Below are positions 53,401 through 60,000 of a DNA stretch of 60,000 nt, one piece after another. The position numbers and the translations under genes are program-made. This DNA is from Amphiscolops sp. MND2022. Taxonomy: Eukaryota. The stretch is from assembly GCA_964187785.1 (NCBI GenBank), contig OZ076409.1:42100001-42160000 (forward strand), in the 5' to 3' direction. Each line of letters begins with the position of its first letter. Positions within the stretch are counted from its first letter, which is position 1. The notes under the pieces are model-generated. The model searched no databases and was not told the DNA's origin. It saw nothing but the letters and a program-made list of their open reading frames with translations.

Positions 53401-55483
53401 ACAAATAATCTCCCATATACAGTAGGCTACCAAAAGTTTGCGCACACTTAAATCAATGAAGTCAAAAAATAGCTATACGTAAACTTTTGATAGGCTACTT
53501 TAATACCCTTTGGGACTAAAGCAATGCTACAAAATGCTCCAAAAGTTGAAGATGAATATTACTAGGTTCAAAACAGTTAACAGTCTCCGCGTATATAATA
53601 TTCAACCCTAGCTTGCTTTTTATAAAAAAGGGGCATTTTGTACAGATTAACTAACATCTTCTTAGGGTGAAGTAGATTAAAAGGTAACAAGTACTAACCA
53701 GAGTAGAAATTATAAGGATTACCAATCATACTGGGAATTAATCCAGGCAACATTGTCAATTGTAAGTGCTTCAATAAAACAAAAAATCATTGACGTGCAT
53801 TGTTCCATTTTATAGAATTGGTTCTATTTTTGATGTTTGTCAGTCCACCGGTGGTAACATTGGCCGGCCGGCAGGCCCATCATAAAAAGCAATGCCTACT
53901 TATTCCTATTTGTCATGAAATTTCAGATGCTACTCAATTTTTCATCCGACGTTTCTCTTTCACATGTCTCACGAGACTTCAATTTCCTCTCAACAGAATG
54001 ACAAAGACACTCTTGCTAGAAGAGGCTATAAAAATGTAAAATCCATCGAATTCTGCGTTAAAAACAAAAAAATGATATGATTGAAATTGTTTACATCAAT
54101 GATTTTGCATCGGAAGTAATTTTCAAGCAAGAGACAGCAATAGATGAAGGACGGAAATGGGAGCTAACTAAAAATTTGATTTGAATAAAAATTGTGTAAT
54201 AATTGCAGGATAATTTTGAATTGAATGGAATTGAAAAATTTTGATTTTTAACACGAATGTTTTTGAGGCCGGCGCCGTATGCGACTGAAAATATTTCGGA
54301 GATATTCAATTGTAAACAACTTGAAGTATGGCTAAAGCAAAATTGATCGTAGAACAAAAAGGTGTGAATAATTAATTTGAACAGTAAGCTGCAACTTTTT
54401 GATAACAATGCTGCATAAAAGCTTGAATAGAGACTCTAACTTCAGAACGACCAAGGCATTCTTAGTGGAGGAAAGTAGCACTAAGGAGGAAAAGGAATGA
54501 AGGGGAGCACAGCACGGAAAGGGAGGGAGGGAGGCAAACGAGGGGCAAGGAAGCGACAGGAGGAGCAGGAGAGGCGAGGAATGATAGAGAGGATAGAGAG
54601 AAGCGAAGAAAGCAAGCGACTGAAGTTATATTGAGAAGAGAGAAAAGAAGGAAACTGAGTAGGTCTACTCACTGAAGCCATTAGGAGGAGTGAGATTGAC
54701 ATTGGAGGAATTAGAACCAGTACCGCCGGCGCTGGCGGCTGTGCTACCGCTACTACAGTCACCGCCTGCTGCTACAGCACCGGTGATAGAGCAGCTTGAG
54801 CCGCCACTGTCGCTCCCCTTGTTTTCACCTGGGCTGCTGCTCACACTGATGTTGTTTAGACACGCCTGTTCATCAACGATACCTGCCCCTCCGTCAAAAG
54901 TACTATCGATGCCCCCTCCGCTATCAAAATCGACCACGACTGCCGCTGCTGCCGCCGCAGAAAGTGGAGAAGAGCAGTTCTGACTGTCAAATTTGAAACT
55001 TGTCGCTCTGTCCAAACTTGTGAGACTTCTCAAGTCCACGCTTTGAAGAGCAGCACTTCTAGCGCGACTGTTAGCAACTACCAAAGCAGCAGTGGCCTCT
55101 AATGACGAACAGTGCTGCTTCTTGCTATTCTCCACTGACGATGTCGATGATGATATTGATATATTAGAGTTTGTGTTGTTGCACTTGTTAAGCTGAGGCG
55201 GCGGCAGTTGGTTGGCGGTGGCTTGGCGTTTATTGTGTTTCACCGTCACCTGCTGCAGCAGTACAGATTTCTCTCCGGAACAGAGGGCAGGAGCTCTTCG
55301 GGGGTGGAGATGTGAGGAGGGGGCAGACGACTGAACCAAGGGGGGATGACGAGCTGATGGCAACACAGGCAATGGCGGTGGGGATTGAGTTGCTGAGGCG
55401 GCGGCGACTGCTGTGGCCGTGATCATTGGCGGAGTTTGAGTTAGTTGCTGCTGTGTTGAAACAAAGGGCCCTTGTAGTATCAT
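32423..55483 (-). CDS. ZNF541: ZNF541/TRERF1/MIDEAS-family ELM2-SANT C2H2 transcriptional regulator (~2013 aa)
   Basis: Exons 55483-54673, 52584-52287, 50167-49984, 47968-47886, 40867-40585, 39416-37036, 36952-36825, 36741-36547, 36073-35894, 35738-35650, 34807-34194, 33574-33316, 32959-32423; all GT-AG, phase-consistent, 6042 nt. Motifs KRQDHL.GH.LTH..KPFVC, LPALNGHMR.HGG, PPYTPPPML, PKINVGPGFQA (ELM2), VEYYYSWK (SANT), KSRNAHMK.H. Start codon and the 83-nt exon are less certain; symbol denotes family. Confidence 0.88.
34957..35390 (+). mobile_element. Helentron-like family A short copy (intronic)
   Basis: TTTTTAGTCGGCG..CCCGACT start; GGCGCCGACTTGG-GCCG-TTAC-CGGC-TAGTT end. Confidence 0.8.
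40996..41565 (+). mobile_element. Helentron-like family A diverged copy (intronic)
   Basis: TTTTTAGTTGGCAC..GTGCCCGA start; GGCGCCGACTT..CTTGT end. Confidence 0.7.
43849..44277. mobile_element. hAT-type MITE with TTAGCG subterminal repeats
   Basis: TIRs CACAGATTTGAC / GTCAAATCTCTG (11/12); 8-bp TSD ATCTATAG / ACCTATAG; many TTAGCG motifs near both ends. Confidence 0.85.
45214..45996 (+). mobile_element. Helentron-like family A copy (intronic) with double palindrome
   Basis: TTTTTAGTCGGCGC..GCCCGACT start; GAGCCTTAGATATAGCG..CTTGTT end. Confidence 0.75.
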
Positions 55484-57419
55484 TTCGCACTTCCATTGAA
55501 AGTTGCGTCGCTAAACTTTTTTCTCGAGGGTCATTGTCTTCAACAGAAGTTTGCACATTGAAGTACAAGTGCCTAAAATGCACGATTGAAGATGAAATAG
55601 GAAGAAAAGAAGTATACATTGCAAAACGGCTCAATGAAACATCTTGTATGAATTTATTTATGAAGCTTCTAATCAAAATTGGACAAAAGAATGAGAAGAA
55701 CTGAGATGAGATGCCTGGTTTTTGCTGGTTGCCGGTTCTCAGACCCTTTAATTTGCAATGAGCCTTGAAATGATAGGAAATTTTGGGAACAATAAGAAAC
55801 AAGAGCTAGTACACAATGATTGGTCAAACATAAAAGAAATGAAAGATAAAACCTCAATGCCTCAGAGCATCGACGGCGCCCTAACTGGTGTTTATGCTCC
55901 TAATTGGCTCTCACGTCGTCTCATCTTGTCGTCTGTCTTTAAAATTGCCAACGACAGACCAAAAACTAGTCAGCAAAAATAATTGTAAACAGCACGCTTC
56001 ACTTGTTAGCAACAGAGAAAGCGAAACAGCGAGAAAACATTATGATATCACTTTCCAGTCGAAACACCTACTTGTACTTTTATTCAATCGTTGCTATGGC
56101 AATTATTCTTACTGGTAAAAAGTTAAATGGTCTACGCACCGCCATCGTGTTTTCAATTCCTAATTGGAATCATCCAAAAACCGATTGAGAATCATCGATT
56201 GAGCAACTGCATCAGCAGAATACAAATGAATAGAAAAACGAAGGAATAATTCAATTACTTCAGCGATATTTTTGTTTTAGAGACTAGTCAGTCTTTTTTC
56301 TAATTCAAACCGAAAGGGTTACGAATTAACGCTAAGGATAAAATCATTGAGGATGAAACGATAGAGTTTTTAACCGGAAGACACATTAAAAGTTAGAATG
56401 TGCAACATAGGCTTCTTCGATTAGAGTGACGAAACAGACATTATCGATATTCCTTGACGAAAATAATTGCACAAAACAGGGATTGTTCGAAAGAGGAGGA
56501 AAACACGACAAACATTCTAAGTAACAAGCACTAACAGAACCTGAAAACACTGAATTTGAGCCATTCTGTACAAAAAACCCTGGAAAGTTGATTACCCTAG
56601 ACGAAAAGTCAGACGTTTTCTCCAATATTCTTACATGTCTCCAAGGATTCAGACAAAACATGCAACTTTACTGTATTTCAATATCTTTTGTAAGATCAGA
56701 GATATTTTCAAAGATTCTTGGACATAGAATGTCTGAAACTTCCAAGATACTTGCAAGAAAACAGCTGAAAAGCAAAAGTACTTCTCAATTCATTTCCAGC
56801 TTGTTTCATATATGACTGAAGAAATAGCAAAATATTAAAACAACCAGATCGAAGATAGGGTTTATTAATTGGAAAAACTGAAAATATTCACTGCCAAAAA
56901 GGCAAATACTGCATGACAAAGATATGATTTATTGAAAACCTTTAATTTTTTGAAATTCTCGAAAAGCGTCCAAGGGGTCTAATTTTATACCCCAAAGATG
57001 AAGTTTCTTCCACAAAATCCAACGACAAAATTCAGGTTTTTAGCATATGCAGTCGTGACGATATTTGAATTTTTTGAAAGTTATCGAAACTAAAGTTATC
57101 GAAACTAAAGAAAACCACCAAAAACCCCTCAAATTAAACTTTTGAAGAAAAGTCGAAACGCCAAAATTTTTCGATTATTGACCGTTTTATGCGAGTATTG
57201 TACATGTTGCGAAAACTTTCGTGGACATGAGTTCTTAGAGATTTCAACAACAAAGCCATAAACTCTGTAGCAAACTTTTTATAATGTTTTCAAAAAAGAA
57301 TAAGATGCACCAAAAAGCGTAAGATTTTCAAATTTGTAAACATTTCGTGCAAATTTAAAACTTTTTCGTAGGAATGCATTTAGAAAAACACTATTTCCTT
57401 CATTAATAAATGACAAAAA

Positions 57420-59480
57420 ATAATTTATTTTCAGAAGGCAGTGTATTTACAGTCTTGTAACATTTTTTTAAGTAGGAGGGGTATCATTATGTTTTGCAAA
57501 TACAATACAGCTAATCTATCGAAAACGATTTTAACTCCAACACTTTTTTCCATATTCGAAATTGTCTTTTTCGCTTACATATTTTAGGTATTGTTTGATA
57601 TTTTTTTGGTTGTTATCTAGGTACATTTCCCAATTTTTAGCTTGTCAGGTAACTCGTTACATATGGGTACTGTCATAAGAGTCAGTTTTGCATTGGATGT
57701 TGAAGTAGTCTTTCTGGGTTCGTTTGTGAGATCTTATGTGACCGGTAGGAAATTTCATTTTCGAAGCAAAAGCCGGAAGTTTTTTGTTTTTCCATTTCCA
57801 GTAGAAGTTGGCAGTTTTGATTTGGAAGAGATCGGACTGGGAGGATATTATGCTGAATTTTGAGATCTGAGGAATGATCATAATTTAAACGGTTGAAACA
57901 TGCTTTTATTCCCCAATTTAACTGTTCTTCCAAAGTGGTAAGAAGGTTTTCTGAAATACCGCTTAGGAAGATAGCTGAGTAGTGCAAGTGGCTCACCACT
58001 AGGGCGTTTAAAAGCAATTTCCTGTTTTTTTTGGGGAATATGTCTCGTACAGAGCACAGACTGTTTATTCGCAGTGCCATCTTGCGGAGGATATTTTTGA
58101 TCTCGATTTGGTAGTTTAGGTTTTGATCTAGGTAAACACCGAGATATTTCACATTAGAAATTGCCAAAATAACTTGGTTATGAACTTTGAGTTTTAGTTT
58201 ATTCATCGAATCGTTTTTGCTTTTCTACAATAAATTATAAAGTCAGTCTTGTCAGCATTGATGGTCAACCGGTGACTTTCAAAAAAGAATAATAACTTCT
58301 TCAAATTTTGTTCAAGTGAGGCTAGTGCTTTGTGGATATTACTATCTGATTTGAACACCATGGTTTCATCTGCGTATTGCAAAAGACTGCAGTCATTTTG
58401 AACCTCATGTTGCATATCATTAACGTAGATGTTCAATAGTAATGGACCGAGTACGGTTCCTTGAGGAACACCTTGGTATAGTTTTATCCAATCTGAGTGA
58501 CAGTTGGGAAGCGTTACTTTTTGGTATCTTTCGGAAAGAAACTTCGTATCATCGAAATTGACATCAGGTCGCAGTTATACTGCTTTAATTTATTTAACAA
58601 GATTTCATGCGATATGGAATCGAAGGCTTTTGATAAATCCAAGAATGCTACTGCGACGTTTTCGCCATCGTCTAAAATTTTCCTGATAGTTTCAGTAGCA
58701 TAAAGTAATGCATCGATTGTTGAAAAACGTGCTCGAAAACCAAACTGTGTTTCGCTTAATAACTGATTTTCCTCCAGATATTCATTCATTTGTTTTCTTA
58801 GAACTTTTTCGAAAATTTTTGATAAGGCAGGGGTTATTGAGATGGGTCGATAATTGCATGGGTCTTCTCTGTCTCCCTTTTTGTAAATAGGGGTTACCAA
58901 AGCGTGTTTCAAATGATTCGGAAATTTTCCTTCTTTGATGAAGGCATTGATTAGGTAGCAAAGGGGCTCAGCAATGACGTTTCTACAGTCTCTCAAAACC
59001 CATACAGGAATACTACACGGTCCTATAGGTTTATTTTTTTTGAGACATAATAACTGTTTTTTACAGCCATAAAGACTGATGGGTTGAAACGAAAATACTT
59101 TTTTGTGATTTTTGTTTCGGGTACTGTTGGCGGATCGTAATGCCTAGCAGTCCTCATATAGTCCCCTAATTTTGAGAACCGAAAATTTAGTAGGTTTGCA
59201 ATTTTCTTTTGATCTGTTACATGGTCGCCGAAACAATTCTTTAGGCTTGTTATTTCAGTTTTTGTTCGCCTTGCATCCCTGGATTCATTTATAAATTTCC
59301 ATTTGTCCTTTTCAGTAGTCAGGTTGTTGAAAGTTGCTATTTGATCTTCAAGGCGGTTTGCTTCGAGGTTTTCAAGGAAATCTCGTTTAAGTGATAAGTA
59401 GGTTTGATCAGTAGGATGCATACTTCTAATTTTCGGTAAAGTTTCTTTGTTTCTTGGCTGACCCAGTTTTCGTGGATTTT
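57420..59480 (-). pseudogene. 5'-truncated L2/CR1-group LINE RT, frameshifted
   Basis: NYRPISI, QFGFR, AFLDLSKAFDSI, GVPQGTVLGPLL, LQYADET, KYLGVYLD. Confidence 0.9.
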
Positions 59481-60000
59481 GGGCGACAATTTGGGCGACA
59501 TTTATTGGCGACAATCAAGCCTTGAAAATTTGTTGTAGCAGTATGTTGTGTCCCGGTACTCAATGGTCGTCTTGCTAGTTTCCGTTCCCACATTTCATGG
59601 GAGAAAGAAAAATTACTAACTCAACAGGGCTTTATCCGTAATTTTGCTATGCTCCAAAATGCTCAAAATCATAAGAGAATATCCAATGTAATTAAACTAC
59701 CACAAAATTATGTTCGTAGCATATGTATTCGTGACGATATTTGAATTTTTGAGAGTTATTCAAAATAAAGCGCCCCGAAAAACGCTGAAATGCCCTCAAA
59801 TTGACTCAAAAATGCACATTCCTCGAATCTTTGACCGTTTTGGTGCAAGTCAGTGGTTCGACCCTAAGAGTAATTCAGCTATCGCTACTGATAATGATCA
59901 GAAGCGGTAGCTAGCTGAAGATGAATGAATTGATCGGCTAATTTTTTTTTTCATTCGCTAAAATAATTCAGGATGGAAAATAACCACGGGCTCAGTGGGA

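Overview
Eukaryotic (animal, probably invertebrate) genomic DNA with spliced genes and dense transposon content. All three host genes are on the minus strand: a 13-exon ZNF541/TRERF1-family ELM2-SANT/C2H2 gene (~2013 aa), ADRM1/Rpn13 (5 exons, ~404 aa) and a small orphan two-finger C2H2 gene. The left 7.5 kb is the 5' part of a Ty3/Gypsy LTR retrotransposon: 1.5-kb LTR, 18-nt PBS, gag with a CCHC knuckle, and pol reached by a UUUAAAC -1 frameshift with a predicted pseudoknot. Best finding: its open pol frame carries a TARG1/OARD1-like macrodomain, plus a probable dUTPase-like relic, between protease and RT. The rest contains a degenerate RTEX-like LINE and fragments of it, an L2/CR1-type LINE fragment, a dead hAT transposase, hAT-type MITEs, many Helentron-like (HINE/DINE-type) elements including one with a tRNA-like cassette, and two palindromic structures that look like hairpin-repair scars. 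All calls come from manual reading and recalled family motifs; no searches were run.
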